A stretch of DNA of 63,790 bases, filler included, from Octopus bimaculoides (GCF_001194135.2; 6 parts of 6 records of this genome joined end to end with filler, not necessarily neighbours in it); one strand, 5' to 3'; positions 1-11,129 are shown, counted from the first letter of the whole stretch. Notes: generated by a model not told the origin, from the sequence alone. Numbers and translations are program-made.

Positions 1-240
1 CTTCATTTAATGCAAGCGTACCATCATCCATGCGAACACATTTCTCTCCTACAACATCACTATTCTCTCTCCTACACTGTCTTGCAACACGAAATACCTC
101 GAGTCTTTGGTCCTCACGGCGCAGAACATTGGCAAATCTTTCCTTATCTGCTTCCCCTCTGGCTAAATAAACCTGTCGCCTAGCCTCCCTTCTGGCACAT
201 TGGTACAATTCCCTGCTACCACCGTTCTTCCAGTCCTTCC
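1..240 (-). mobile_element. RTE-clade LINE ORF fragment (linker between endonuclease and RT)
   Basis: Minus frame reads WKDWKNGGSRELYQCARREARRQVYLARGEADKERFANVLRREDQRLEVFRVARQCRRENSDVVGEKCVRMDDGTLALNE. It is homologous to the fragment at about 3900-4100. Confidence 0.75.
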
Positions 241-269
241 AAGCCTGTTTCTTTTGTCTAATATATTTG

Positions 270-498
270 TGTGTGTGTGTGTTTGTGTTTGTGCCCCCAC
301 CCCTCTATCATTGCCTGACAACCGATGTTGGTGTGTTTACACCCCCGTAACTTAGCGGTTTGGTACAAGAGACCGATAGAAGTACTAGGCTTACAAAGAA
401 TAAGTCTTCAGGTCGATTCATTCGACTAAAGGCAGTGTTCCAGCATGACCACAGTCAAATGATTGAAACAAGTAAAAAAATAAGAGTGTAAAAGAGAA
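270..498 (+). mobile_element. SINE family A (CORE-type, OR2-like), 3' half
   Basis: Matches the 3' half of the full copy at 23626-24043 (CCCCGTAACTTAGCGG...GACCGATAGA...CCAGCATG.CCACAGTCAAATGA.TGAAACAAGTAAAA). Confidence 0.85.
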
Positions 499-705
499 TA
501 AATTTTAACATCAAAATCTTGTATGGCTCCCCCCCTCCCTCCAAGGACCATACGGACCCCAGTTGAGAACCACTGCACAAACCATGCCCACTCTGATAAT
601 ACTCTTCATATAAGAGTTGTTCAGCAAACCAAGACACCAGCGCCAATGCCATCACATTTTATCCATAAGTCTTGTGGCAATATGGAAATAGGTGATGGGC
701 ATAGT

Positions 706-1248
706 TACAAAGGTGAGTCAAAAAATATTGCCATTTTGTTTAGGACAGGTATAATTACCAACACAGGAACATGTATCATGCATCAAAATGAAGCTGGTCC
801 TCTGTGGATCACATCCCTACTTCTCAACATAGTCACCGTTTCTCTGAATAGCAATGTTCCACCTTTGAATGAGAGCATGTATCCCTACCCCGTAAAATTA
901 TGTTGACTGTTCTTTGAGCCACTTCTTCACTACCTCCGCACTCGCCAGGTTTAGCGCCTTCAGACTATCATCTCTTCGGCACCACGAAAGAGAGTTTGAG
1001 AGGCAAACATTATTACAGTGAGGAGGAAGTGGAAACTGTAGTGAAGAATTGGCTCAAAGAACAGTCAACAGAATTTTACGGGTCAGGGATACATGCTCTC
1101 ATTCGGTGGTGGAACATTGCTATTCAGAGAAGTAGGGATGTGATCCACAGAGGACCAGCTTCATTTTGATGTATGATACATGTTCCTGTGTTGGTAATTA
1201 TACCTGTCTTAAACAAAATGGCATTACTTTTTTTGACTCACCCTCGTA
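706..1248. mobile_element. Fold-back mariner derivative built from two inverted right ends
   Basis: TA at 706-707 and at 1247-1248. Arm 708-933 is the reverse complement of about 1038-1246. 933-1135 (+) reads PPHSPGLAPSDYHLFGTTKESLRGKHYYSEEEVETVVKNWLKEQSTEFYGSGIHALIRWW, the mariner YSPDLAPxDY C-terminus. Confidence 0.9.
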
Positions 1249-1380
1249 GATGATGCTACTGGGAGTCTTCAGCTTTGATGCAACACACAGATGGCCAAAG
1301 TGTGAAAAGAAGATATTTCAACTGTGTTTTGTTGAACCTTCATTCATAGAAGCAACAAGAGAGTCCACCATCTCTTTGTA

Positions 1381-1581
1381 TTAGGTTGGTGCATAATTGT
1401 TGCGGATTTTTTTTCAATAAATTTTATTCAACAAAACATTTAAACAAAACGCCAAGCAGAAATTGACGTAGATAGTGAATATGCTCCGGAATAATCATTT
1501 AAAGATGTTTTTGTTAAATGTTATTGTTTTTTTGAATAAAATTTATTGGAAAAAAGCCACAATAATTATGCACCAACCTAA
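1381..1581. mobile_element. Mariner-type MITE with Hsmar1/MADE1-like ends
   Basis: TA|TTAGGTTGGTGCATAATT ... AATTATGCACCAACCTAA|TA. The imperfect terminal inverted repeats extend about 65 bp, and there is a TA TSD. Confidence 0.9.
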
Positions 1582-1732
1582 TATTTAAAATAGCAGAGTG
1601 TGGTTTGAGGGAGGGCTTGCTGCTATTTCTAACTGATTGAAGGATTATATATAGGCTATATCACCTTATTTAAGAACTGTTTATTGATATTGAATATAAT
1701 TCTAGAAATCTTTCTTTCAATCTTTATTTCAG

Positions 1733-1867
1733 GAAGCATATAATTTTATTCAGAAATGCTGTTATTTTATCCGACCAAACCGAAATTTTATCCACCAGTT
1801 GTCCGCATGGGAAGGTCACCTTTTCAATGGAACAGTGAAAACAAATATAGAAGACCCTTATTTCTAA
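1733..1867 (+). CDS. STYXL1: Terminal coding exon of a STYXL1/MK-STYX-like dual-specificity phosphatase-family protein
   Basis: Acceptor TTTCTTTCAATCTTTATTTCAG, then phase-0 EAYNFIQKCCYFIRPNRNFIHQLSAWEGHLFNGTVKTNIEDPYF*. It has the DUSP IRPN..F..QL..WE motif and a C-terminus like the recalled human STYXL1 tail (...CPNRGLVSQLLEWEK...TNIMDPLY). Upstream exons are not in the window. Confidence 0.8.
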   Translation, partial: EAYNFIQKCCYFIRPNRNFIHQLSAWEGHLFNGTVKTNIEDPYF

Positions 1868-1896
1868 AGCCAGACAAACCCTGAATTTTCTTACTC

Positions 1897-1902
1897 AATA
1901 AA
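1897..1902 (+). terminator. Candidate polyadenylation signal of the STYXL1-like gene
   Basis: AATAAA about 30 nt after the stop codon. Confidence 0.35.
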
Positions 1903-1951
1903 CAAACAGAATTTGTACTCTGACATTTTGCTGAAAGAACAAATTCTTTAA

Positions 1952-2170
1952 CTCTTTTATTCTTTCATTGGTTTCTGTTATTGGACTGTGGCCATACTAG
2001 AGCAATACCTTCCAGAATAGACATTCTAATGACCCTTCTAATTTGCAGCCTTAAACTAATTAAGGATCTAAAGCTGGCATTGGCAGGGTTTGAACTCAGA
2101 AGGTAAAGCACTGGAAGTAATGCTGTTGCTAAGTATTTTCTTGGTAATGGTTTTGCTAGTTTGCTGCCTT
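1952..2170 (-). mobile_element. Old chimeric SINE with a family-B head and a family-A tail
   Basis: Minus strand begins GGCAGCAAACTAGCA...TTCTGAGTTCAAACCCTGCC (B head) and ends GCTCTAGTATGGCCACAGTCCAATAACAGAAACCAATGAAAG (A tail). Confidence 0.55.
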
Positions 2171-2369
2171 AAGGAAACTGGAGGTTGAAGTATATGGAAG
2201 GAAAGGGAATGCTGGGAAGATGGACAGTGTTAATGAGAAAGAAATTGATGAGCGTAGAGTTTGGTGAGGTTTGAAGTAGGAAGAGTTAGAAGGATAAGTG
2301 AAGGTATTATCAAAAGTATAAAGTATGGGATTAAAATAATATAAATGTTAAGCTAAGCTGGAGATTCTA

Positions 2370-2660
2370 AAGAGAGCTAACAGAAGACCATTTAGTAAAA
2401 CGATCACAGAAAAGAAAGATGAAAAAAGTAGACGATTCACATAGTTTGGTTGCTGGAACAACACTGTTCTAAAACAGCTTTCAAATAGACCCCACCACAG
2501 GGGAAAAGAAAGAGAGGATGGCCAAAAAGTACATGGCACAGCACGTTTATGACCAACATGAGAGAGGGTAATATCTCATGGCCAGATACAGACAAACCCA
2601 CAACCGATAGAAACCAGTGGCATCAACTTGTTGCCTAATATGCTCAAGAACAAAGGAGGA
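2370..2660 (+). mobile_element. Decayed RTE LINE C-terminal fragment
   Basis: Broken frames resemble RRLRWFGH...RG.PK.TW (e.g. AGAGGATGGCCAAAAAGTACATGG = RGWPKSTW). Confidence 0.45.
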
Positions 2661-2879
2661 ATTGGACTGAGTGTGGGAGAGGCTTGATAAGGTATTGGAA
2701 AAGCTATTTAGATTTTGTCTGTTGTAAAGGGATTCTGGAATCTGAACTTAGAATGGAAAGAAGTGAAAGAAATACCATTTGGCATTTTGTTGAATCTTTT
2801 AATAATTCTGCCAGCTTGTTGCCTTCACCGAGAGAAATAAATTAACTGAAGCAAAATCGTGATGGCACCTGACCCAGTG

Positions 2880-3236
2880 GAGCGCTAAGAGCACCGTTCA
2901 AGCGTGATCGTTACCAGCATCGCCTTCTTAGCACTTGTGCTGGTGGCATGCGAAAAGTCATTTGAGCGAAATCGTTGCCAGGCACGTAAAATACACCATT
3001 TCGAGCGTGGCTGTTGCCAGTACCGCCTGACTGGCCCTCGTGCCGGTGGCACGTAAAAGCACCCACTACACTCTCGGAGTGGTTGGCGTTAGGAAGGGCA
3101 TCCAGCTGTAGAAACTCTGCTATATCAGATTGGAGCCTGGTGTAGCCATCTGGTTTCACCAGTCCTCAGTCAAATCATCCAACCCATGCTAGCATGGAAA
3201 GCAGATGTTAAACGATGATGATGATGATGATGATAA
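2880..3236 (+). mobile_element. RTE-type 3' UTR/tail repeat
   Basis: GGTGGCACGTAAAAGCACC...GGTTGGCGTTAGGAAGGGCATCCAGCTGTAGAAAC...CCAACCCATGCTAGCATGGAAAGCAGATGTTAAACG(ATG)n. The same tail follows the RTE ORF end at 19800-20150. Confidence 0.75.
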
Positions 3237-3324
3237 TGAATGATATAAGTTAATTTATTAACTGAATAATATAAATATCAGTGAGCAGTAAATGATATTA
3301 AAGAGTAAGCTACCATATCAAGCA

Positions 3325-3740
3325 TTGATTGATCTGGAGAAAACCTTGGACAGGTTTCATGCTTTGTAGTTTGATTGTTACTAAGGAAACTAGGTGTAAA
3401 CAATTGGCTTGTGTAGACCATGAAAGATCTGACAGAGATGCAGAGATAAAAATTAGATGAAATACAGATAGGAGTACATAAGTGTTTACTTTCTAGTTCC
3501 CTTCTGTTATAATAGTTCTCCAGGCCATAATAGAGAATTTTGAGACTGGATATTCATGGGAACTTTTATATATTGATGCCCTGGTTCATATTGCTGAGTC
3601 TGTGGAGAATTTAGAGAAGTTTTAGATATGGCAGGAAACCTCAGAAGTGAGAGACCAGAAAATAAACTTAGCAGAGACTAAAGTTTTAGGAAATAAAGAA
3701 AAGGAGACATTAGGTTGCCATTAGGCTGTGCTTGATGTAC
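3325..3740 (+). mobile_element. RTE LINE reverse transcriptase fragment (domains 3-6), decayed
   Basis: Degenerate DLEKAFDRV, GVHQGSVLSPLLF..VLQA, and GYSWELLYIDA (from GCPWELLYADD) motifs, with stops and frameshifts. Confidence 0.8.
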
Positions 3741-3879
3741 AGGGAAGGAGGAGGAAGTAGAAGTTCCATATGGTAGATTAAAAAGCAGGAATGGCAAGAC
3801 TGGAAGGAAAAAGGAAGCAAGAAGCAATATCAGGTCATAAGAAGGGAAGTTAGATACCATGTGCATGTAGCTAAGGGAG

Positions 3880-4470
3880 AAGCGAAAAGCAAGAAGTTTG
3901 TGAATGTCCTAAGACATGAGAACCAAAGTTGTAAGACATTCAGGATTGGTAGGAGAGAAAAAATTGAGATATCATTGCAAAAATTGTATCTGGAATGAGA
4001 GTGGAGCACTTGCCCTTACTGATGCTGATGAGAAAGAGGTGTGCTGTTATGAGAGGTTGCTGAATGAAGAGAATGTATGGGACAAAGAGGGGCTACAGCT
4101 GAAGGACCAGCTGTTCAAGTTGACAGCAATATGGTAGATAAAGGGATTAAGGATATGAAGACAGGGAAGGCTCCTTGGACCTTCAAGAATCACTGTTGAG
4201 ACACTTAAAATGTCAGGTGGCTTAGGGCAATAGAAAATCATTCATATTGTCAATCAAGTAGTCCAAGAAGGTGTCATACCCAATGACTGGTGCTATTGTC
4301 AGCTGCTCTAAAAGCAAAGGAGATACATTTGAGAGAGGCAATTGCTGAAGTACCAGATTGCTGGACCAGGCCATGAAAGTTACAGAAAGGGTTATAGCTC
4401 AGTCGATTAGAATGAGAATTATTCTAGATGAGATGTAGTTCAGCTTTGTTCCTGGGAAAAGTACTATAGG
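3880..4470 (+). mobile_element. RTE LINE fragment (pre-RT and RT domains 0-2), decayed
   Basis: GALALTDADEKEV, YERLLNEENVWDKEGL, IKDMKTGKAP, VNQVVQEGVIPNDW, LLDQAMKVTERVIAQ, LDEM.FSFVPGKST. Confidence 0.85.
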
Positions 4471-5034
4471 CAATATTGTTGTTAGTTCCAGTTCCGCATG
4501 AAGTCTTGAATGGTTAGCTGTTTTGTTGATGTTAGTAATATTTTAGTGAATTGCGATTGTATTCTTGAATTGCTTTTTTTGCATCAGATATTGTGATCCA
4601 GGTTTGATTTCTAAGTCTGGCAATTGTTAAATATTCCTGCTACATGTGCACATGAAGTGGGTGAGATGCCACATGGTTGTGCAGTGTAGGCTAGCAAGCA
4701 TGCTTCACTGAATATGTAAGGTTTGTGGGTATGAACACAGGTGTATTAACAAACTGAAAAGGAAAAAATGAAAACTAGATATCTTCTGAATGACATTGTC
4801 CCTGTAATTACTGTATCCTCTTGCTCACCTTGATTGTAAATCTCAAAAAGATGAGAACCCTTGTTACTCATTCCTTTACGACACATCACTCTCATTCATA
4901 CTGCTTTCTTTGTGTCTCTCACTTTGTAAGGTCATTAGTGAGTGGACAGACATGCGGTCAAGCAGTTCCTCTAGTTGTGTTGCGGACATGGTTGCCTCTC
5001 TAGTGATGGTGCCATGAAAAATTTACCCAAGATA

Positions 5035-5195
5035 CCCTGTAATGTGGTTGATGCTAGGAAGGGATTCCAGCTGTAGAAATCAAGCCAAAGAGGAAACTCT
5101 GACCTGTCTAAACAAGCAGCATCCCCCAAACTGTGGTGACCCATCCAAACTATGCCAGCATGGGAAGTGGACGTGAAATGGTGGTGATGATGAAG
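5035..5195 (+). mobile_element. RTE-type 3' tail copy
   Basis: GTGGTTGATGCTAGGAAGGGATTCCAGCTGTAGAAA...TATGCCAGCATGGGAAGTGGACGTGAAATGGTGGTGATGATG. Confidence 0.7.
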
Positions 5196-5207
5196 ACAAC
5201 ACCTTAA

Positions 5208-5429
5208 CCCTATCGTTACTGTATTTATTTTGAGATGCTCTGTGTTTCTTTCAATTGATTTTAAATATAACAAAGAATTTAGTAAAATAACTTAGTTATC
5301 ATTCATCTAGTGTTAGGAACATAAATTGTGACTAAGGTTTGGTGGAAGATTTAAATTCAAAACTTATGAAAACAAAACATTTGTACTACAGAGCCAGAGC
5401 TGGTTTCAGACGGATTGGTATTGAAAGGG
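5208..5429. mobile_element. piggyBac-type MITE
   Basis: TTAA|CCCTATCGTTAC ... GTATTGAAAGGG|TTAA: TTAA TSD with CCCT/AGGG termini. Confidence 0.75.
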
Positions 5430-6407
5430 TTAAAAATGAACTCAAAATATTTTAATGATATCAATTGTCAAATTTAATGGACTGTTACTAAACTAGGCAG
5501 ACTGTGCTATTTGAGATTTGTATATCCTCACTACAAAAGCAGCTATATGAGGAATTGACAAAGGGCCCTCAGTATAGTTACTCAATCTGCTAGAAACAGC
5601 AGCCTAGACTCTCTCATATTATTTTGACAATCATTGAGGTAATGTTTTGGAAGTGTTTTAAAGATGATTGATAGTATCTGTCTAAGATATAGAGTCAGTA
5701 CTCCATTTTAGGATACTCTAATGCTGTGTCCTTATAAACGCATGTTAAATGTCATAAACGCATACAATAACCTGATCCAGAAAGACTAATTCGATAATAT
5801 TTTCAATTTAAAACCAAAAAAACAGGTCCAAAATTTATTGGTCATCGAAATTCTTTAAGGGCGTTGGTCACAAAGAATACGCATAAGTAGAAAGGTCATT
5901 GTCAAGGGAGATAACCTTGCTGGTAATTTGTTTCTAAAGGGAAATAAATTTTAGATACATAATGTAATGGGAAACAGAAATTACAAATAAAAATTTAATG
6001 AATGCAGTAAATAGCATCTTAAGACAGGGAGATGTTAATTAGTGAAATTAACATTGGGTAAAAACTGATATTGAGGTGATGATGATTGGAGTGAGAAAGA
6101 GAGAGAGAGGAAGAAAGAGAGTTAAAGAGAGACAGAAAGAGAGAGATAGTGAAAGAGCGAGAGAGGAACAAAGAGAGAGTGAGAGAGTGGCAGAAAAAAA
6201 AGAGGCGTATTAAAGGGGGGTAATTTTGTTCATTTGCTTCATTGGTAGAAAGCATGAAGTTGGAATTAAAGTGGGAGGAATCGCAATTAGATAGAGTAAT
6301 TGAGAAATAGGGAGGTAGCGTGAGTAAAGAAAGCAGCGTATTAGAGGAAATAGAAAGAGAGAAAGAAGAAAGCTGGCTCTAGTTGTTGGCAGAGGAGGAG
6401 TGTCATC

Positions 6408-6500
6408 ATGGCAGCGCTGGAGCAATGGTGTTTATATTCCAAAATGCTGCAACAGTTAGCTTATACTTTAGCATCCATGAAGCCGACTCCATGGGAAAAG
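6408..6500 (+). CDS. PI4KA: First coding exon of phosphatidylinositol 4-kinase III alpha
   Basis: TCATC-ATG-G start, reading MAALEQWCLYSKMLQQLAYTLASMKPTPWEK, then a phase-0 donor AAG|GTTAGT. It matches the recalled PI4KA N-terminal motif (human [23 protein letters not shown]; invertebrate LA..KPTPWEK). A purine-rich leader precedes it. Exon 2 was not found before the linker at 23184. Confidence 0.75.
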
Positions 6501-6674
6501 GTTAGTATTTAAAATCAAACTAAGCTGTTTGTGTTTATTTCTGCTCCCATCTGTCATTCTAGATCTTATTTTGCTTTAATCCGTGTCAGACACTCTTACA
6601 CATCCATACAACTGCCGCCGGTCTTTGACCGATCACTTTTACCACCCACTTTTCTTTCTGTATATATATACTCC

Positions 6675-6721
<47 letters not shown>

Positions 6722-9529
6722 ATAGATGTGTGTGTGTCCCTTTATTATATGCTTAAATCGTGACTAGTATATTACATATTTCTGTTTGCATTTGTCAAAA
6801 TTCTGTCTGTCTTGTAATTATGAGAGACTTCGGACCTACGACTCGTCACACTCAGTTTACCATGATACGAATTCGATTAAGTGACCACCTTCTTTCTTAC
6901 GGGTGATTGTCTCAATACTTGTGTTTGTTTGTCTGGTCTTTTTATCCCCCTCTCTGTCTGATTAGATATTATTGATCTCTGAGAGATATATCGCCTTACT
7001 CGAAGACAATACAAACTCACAGAATATAGTCAAAAACCACAAACCGCACATCTGACACGATTATATTCATCATAATCCACCTTACTAATTGCGTAGACGT
7101 GTGCAAGGTTTCTCTTGTGTTTAAGGTGTGTGCGTATATAATGCGTTGGTTGGATACACTTTAGCATACGCATAGTTAAACACTATAGTTTGCATTGATA
7201 CACATTTTCCTCAAACATTTTTAAACACACACACACACACTCTCTTTCTTCCTTCAATATATATATAATAATATTAGGGACAAAATCCAAAATTACAGGC
7301 GTATGTACTTGGGGTGTGTGTGTGTTGTATACAGACAGAAGTATGCGCCTTATTAGTATATTTGTACTACTGCATCTTACCTATACAGATACATATGCAC
7401 CCACGTCTCTGTGCTCTGCTCTGTGTAATACACACATGCATATAGTCATAGACACTCTAGTCTTACTGCATTTAATGCACATCCAACTTTCTACATTGAC
7501 ACAAATGTACAAATTCACACGTACACAAGCACTCTTACTCCCCATATCTATCTATCTATCTATCTATCTATCCACACACACTTTCTATTAAGTTAATATT
7601 TTCTAATTTAATTTGTATATAACTAATTTTCTAAATATTATTCCAAATTTTCTTTATTCTGTTCCCCCTCGTTCCTAACACCCCAAGTACATACGCCTGT
7701 TGAGAGAATCTCATTCAATAGTCTTTTTCATTGCTGTAATAAAACTCCACACTTAAGCCAAAACGCGTTGGCAAGGTTTCGCTTTTTCTAGTTGCCTCCT
7801 CCCACAAACTTCAATTCGATGTCTATTTAATTGTTCTTTCATTTATTCTCTTCCATCTAGGTTTTACTCCGATGATTTATTTGGCGTATTTCATACTGAT
7901 TGAATTGTTTTGAACAATCGTTTTATTATTTTTGAGGCGAGAAGACTTAAATCCTGTTTGTTACATTTTGTGTGTGTGATGTTTCTCTCCCTCTGTGCCT
8001 GCGCGTGTTTGTGTGTATACATGTATGTGTCTGTGATTTTTACCTCGACTGCATCCGATCGAAATGACCAACTGTAATCACACTTAACTTCACAATCATT
8101 GATCCCTCCCCACCCCACACGTCTTGTCCTTTTTACTGTTTCTACAACAATCGCTTTCTCTATTCACCTGTTGGTAGTCAGTGTATAAAACCTGCATCAA
8201 AATCTTCGAATGTCAAATGATTTTCTCTTCTCACCTTCTCGGATCGTCACATTTTCTTTGTCTTCTCAATTGTCACACCCTAACAATCCTCTTGATGTGT
8301 TTGTCATAATTCCCCTCTCCGTTTCTTACCGACACATCTCATCCTCAACAATATAAAACCAACCTAAAACCACTTTTAATTCTCTCTCATCCGCTTCCTC
8401 CAGACTTTTGGAAAGACGAAACGAGTCAGCGCGATAACCTCTTCCTGATCGTTCGATCTACCGAAAATATTAGTTAAATTTCCCCCAAACCCTACCGTAC
8501 TGTCTTAAAATAAACGAAGATACATTGGTCTCTGTCGTGTTTCTTATTCAAATAAAACAAAACCAGTGGAGAGCCATATCTTTTATCGAAGATTTGCTTG
8601 CTCAGAGCTGACCCTGGGTTAAAAGCCACGTTAGATAATGTAGACGAGTGTTGTGCCTGAATAAAATCTAGAATGGTCATAGATGTCAGGATTTTATCAT
8701 ATGGATGTGTTTAGCTCATACTGCTAACAACAATAACACAGACGAGAACAGTTGTTCTTTTTCTGTTAATTCTTGCCACTTTATATCTTGATAGGTGTAC
8801 TTACTATAACAGAGAATTTGTCGCATTAAAGGTCAAGGTATTCTAAACAAGCTTTATCATTCTCTAAGCTGGCAGCATTTTTTTAATTCTCTATTTTCTA
8901 TTAATATCCGTCGGTTGAGCTCGTTGACAACTATCACTAATCATGTCATCCTCATAGATCGGAGGGTTTAACAACAAAAAAAGGTATTGGAAGATAAAAA
9001 ATGAAGTCGATTCTAGTACAATTCGAACTCACAATGTAGTGGGACAAAATTTTTCTATTCTATTGTCAAAACAAGTGTTTCCTATAATCCAAAAGGACAA
9101 CTTCTTAGGCTCTGCCAATCACCCTCTCTTTCAATGATGTCATAAAAATATTTACACAAATTTCTTCGTTCTCTAAGAGACCATCAATATGGTTTCCTTA
9201 GAGTCAGCTCAAATCTTGCTATCGCATCGTTCTTACCACTTGTTTAACACACTGGAAATATTTTGCATTGACCAAGCTTTCGACTGTATCTATCAGAGAA
9301 ATTTGCTGGCAAAACTGTCCATAAGCAGCGCCTCCAGCCTCTCATCTCTTGGACAGATCTCCTATGAGAACAATCCATTGTAGTATGGTTCCTTTTTGTC
9401 CTCCGTACTCTCCATTCCATACATTTTTGCTGCTGTTTTCATTTTTTATCAGAGATTTGCTCGATCAGGTTTGACCGTGGACAACAACAACAAAACATTA
9501 TATAATGTAGTCCGAGATACACGTAATAG

Positions 9530-9955
9530 TAATAATAATCTTTCCTACTTTAGGTGCAAGTGGGGTGGATGGGGTGAAAAGGAATTAGTCGATTACATCG
9601 ACCCCCCAACACTCAGCTGGTACGTATTTCATTGGGGCCGAAAGGATGAAAGGCGAAGTCGACCTCTGCGGGATTTGAACTCAGAACAGAATGAACCAGT
9701 CGAAATGCTTATTCGCCGCCTTGTAATAGTTTCAAATTTCGGCACAAGGCCAGCAATTTTAGGAGAAGAGATAAATCGATTACATCATTTTTCGTACTTG
9801 ACTGGTTCTTCATCAATCCCGAAAGAACGAAAAGTAAAGTCAACCTGGGTGGAATAATGATAATGGTTTCAAATTTTGGCACAAGGCTTGCAAGTTCGGA
9901 GGAGGGGATAAACATTGTGTCCGGGGTGTTAACGATTCTGCCGGCTCGCCACCTA
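9530..9955 (-). mobile_element. Cluster of three head-to-tail SINE family B (OR1-like) copies separated by AAT units
   Basis: Repeated GGTTTCAAATTTTGGCACAAGG tail, CGAAAGGATGAAAGGCGAAGTCGACCTC body and GGATTTGAACTCAGAAC B-box complement. Confidence 0.85.
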
Positions 9956-10002
9956 AATAATGATAATAATACTAATACTACTACTACTAATAATAATAAT
10001 AG

Positions 10003-10340
10003 GGCTACAGCAAATATTCTGCTCAATACCACAGATTTGCTTGTCAGTTGCTTGACCTTAACCAGTTGAGCATGTCCCTTGGTGGCTGACGATATGTGCA
10101 TCTCTGATGACGAGCAGAAGTAGTAGGGGAGCATCACAGCCATGTGTTGAGAGGAATTCTTTGGGGTTTGAATAATTCACCTTTGGAAACATGGGTGTTT
10201 TGCTCAACATCCTTAAACAAACCTTATTCAGGGACCTTTTGAGCGGGATGGGCTACCCGACCTGAAGAAAATTCTAACTGGGCCCCACCTGCGAGGTCAT
10301 GCGCTGTTTATCTTGATATGGCATCACCATGTCGTGCACA
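10003..10340. repeat. Complex interspersed-repeat-like segment bordered by (TAA)n and a gap; class uncertain
   Basis: Higher-GC block starting AATAATAGGGCTACAGCAAATATTCTGCTCAATACC. It is recalled as an abundant octopus repeat; there is no second copy in the window. Confidence 0.4.
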
Positions 10341-11000
10341 NNNNNNNNNNNNNNNNNNNNNNNNNNNNNNNNNNNNNNNNNNNNNNNNNNNNNNNNNNNN
10401 NNNNNNNNNNNNNNNNNNNNNNNNNNNNNNNNNNNNNNNNNNNNNNNNNNNNNNNNNNNNNNNNNNNNNNNNNNNNNNNNNNNNNNNNNNNNNNNNNNNN
10501 NNNNNNNNNNNNNNNNNNNNNNNNNNNNNNNNNNNNNNNNNNNNNNNNNNNNNNNNNNNNNNNNNNNNNNNNNNNNNNNNNNNNNNNNNNNNNNNNNNNN
10601 NNNNNNNNNNNNNNNNNNNNNNNNNNNNNNNNNNNNNNNNNNNNNNNNNNNNNNNNNNNNNNNNNNNNNNNNNNNNNNNNNNNNNNNNNNNNNNNNNNNN
10701 NNNNNNNNNNNNNNNNNNNNNNNNNNNNNNNNNNNNNNNNNNNNNNNNNNNNNNNNNNNNNNNNNNNNNNNNNNNNNNNNNNNNNNNNNNNNNNNNNNNN
10801 NNNNNNNNNNNNNNNNNNNNNNNNNNNNNNNNNNNNNNNNNNNNNNNNNNNNNNNNNNNNNNNNNNNNNNNNNNNNNNNNNNNNNNNNNNNNNNNNNNNN
10901 NNNNNNNNNNNNNNNNNNNNNNNNNNNNNNNNNNNNNNNNNNNNNNNNNNNNNNNNNNNNNNNNNNNNNNNNNNNNNNNNNNNNNNNNNNNNNNNNNNNN

Positions 11001-11032
<32 letters not shown>

Positions 11033-11129
11033 CATTGATAAAATTACATTCCAAATGCTAGGCGGCATTCTCTCTAGGGCCAGAAAATATTGATCAGCCC
11101 TTGTCTGTTGTCGATCCTCTGCAACATGG

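Noticed and set aside
7861-7905. Strong acceptor followed by ...DLFGVFHTD, reminiscent of PI4KA exon 2
   Set aside because: The required phase-0 frame stops after four codons, the similar frame also stops, and the CP and DAVIALG motifs are absent.
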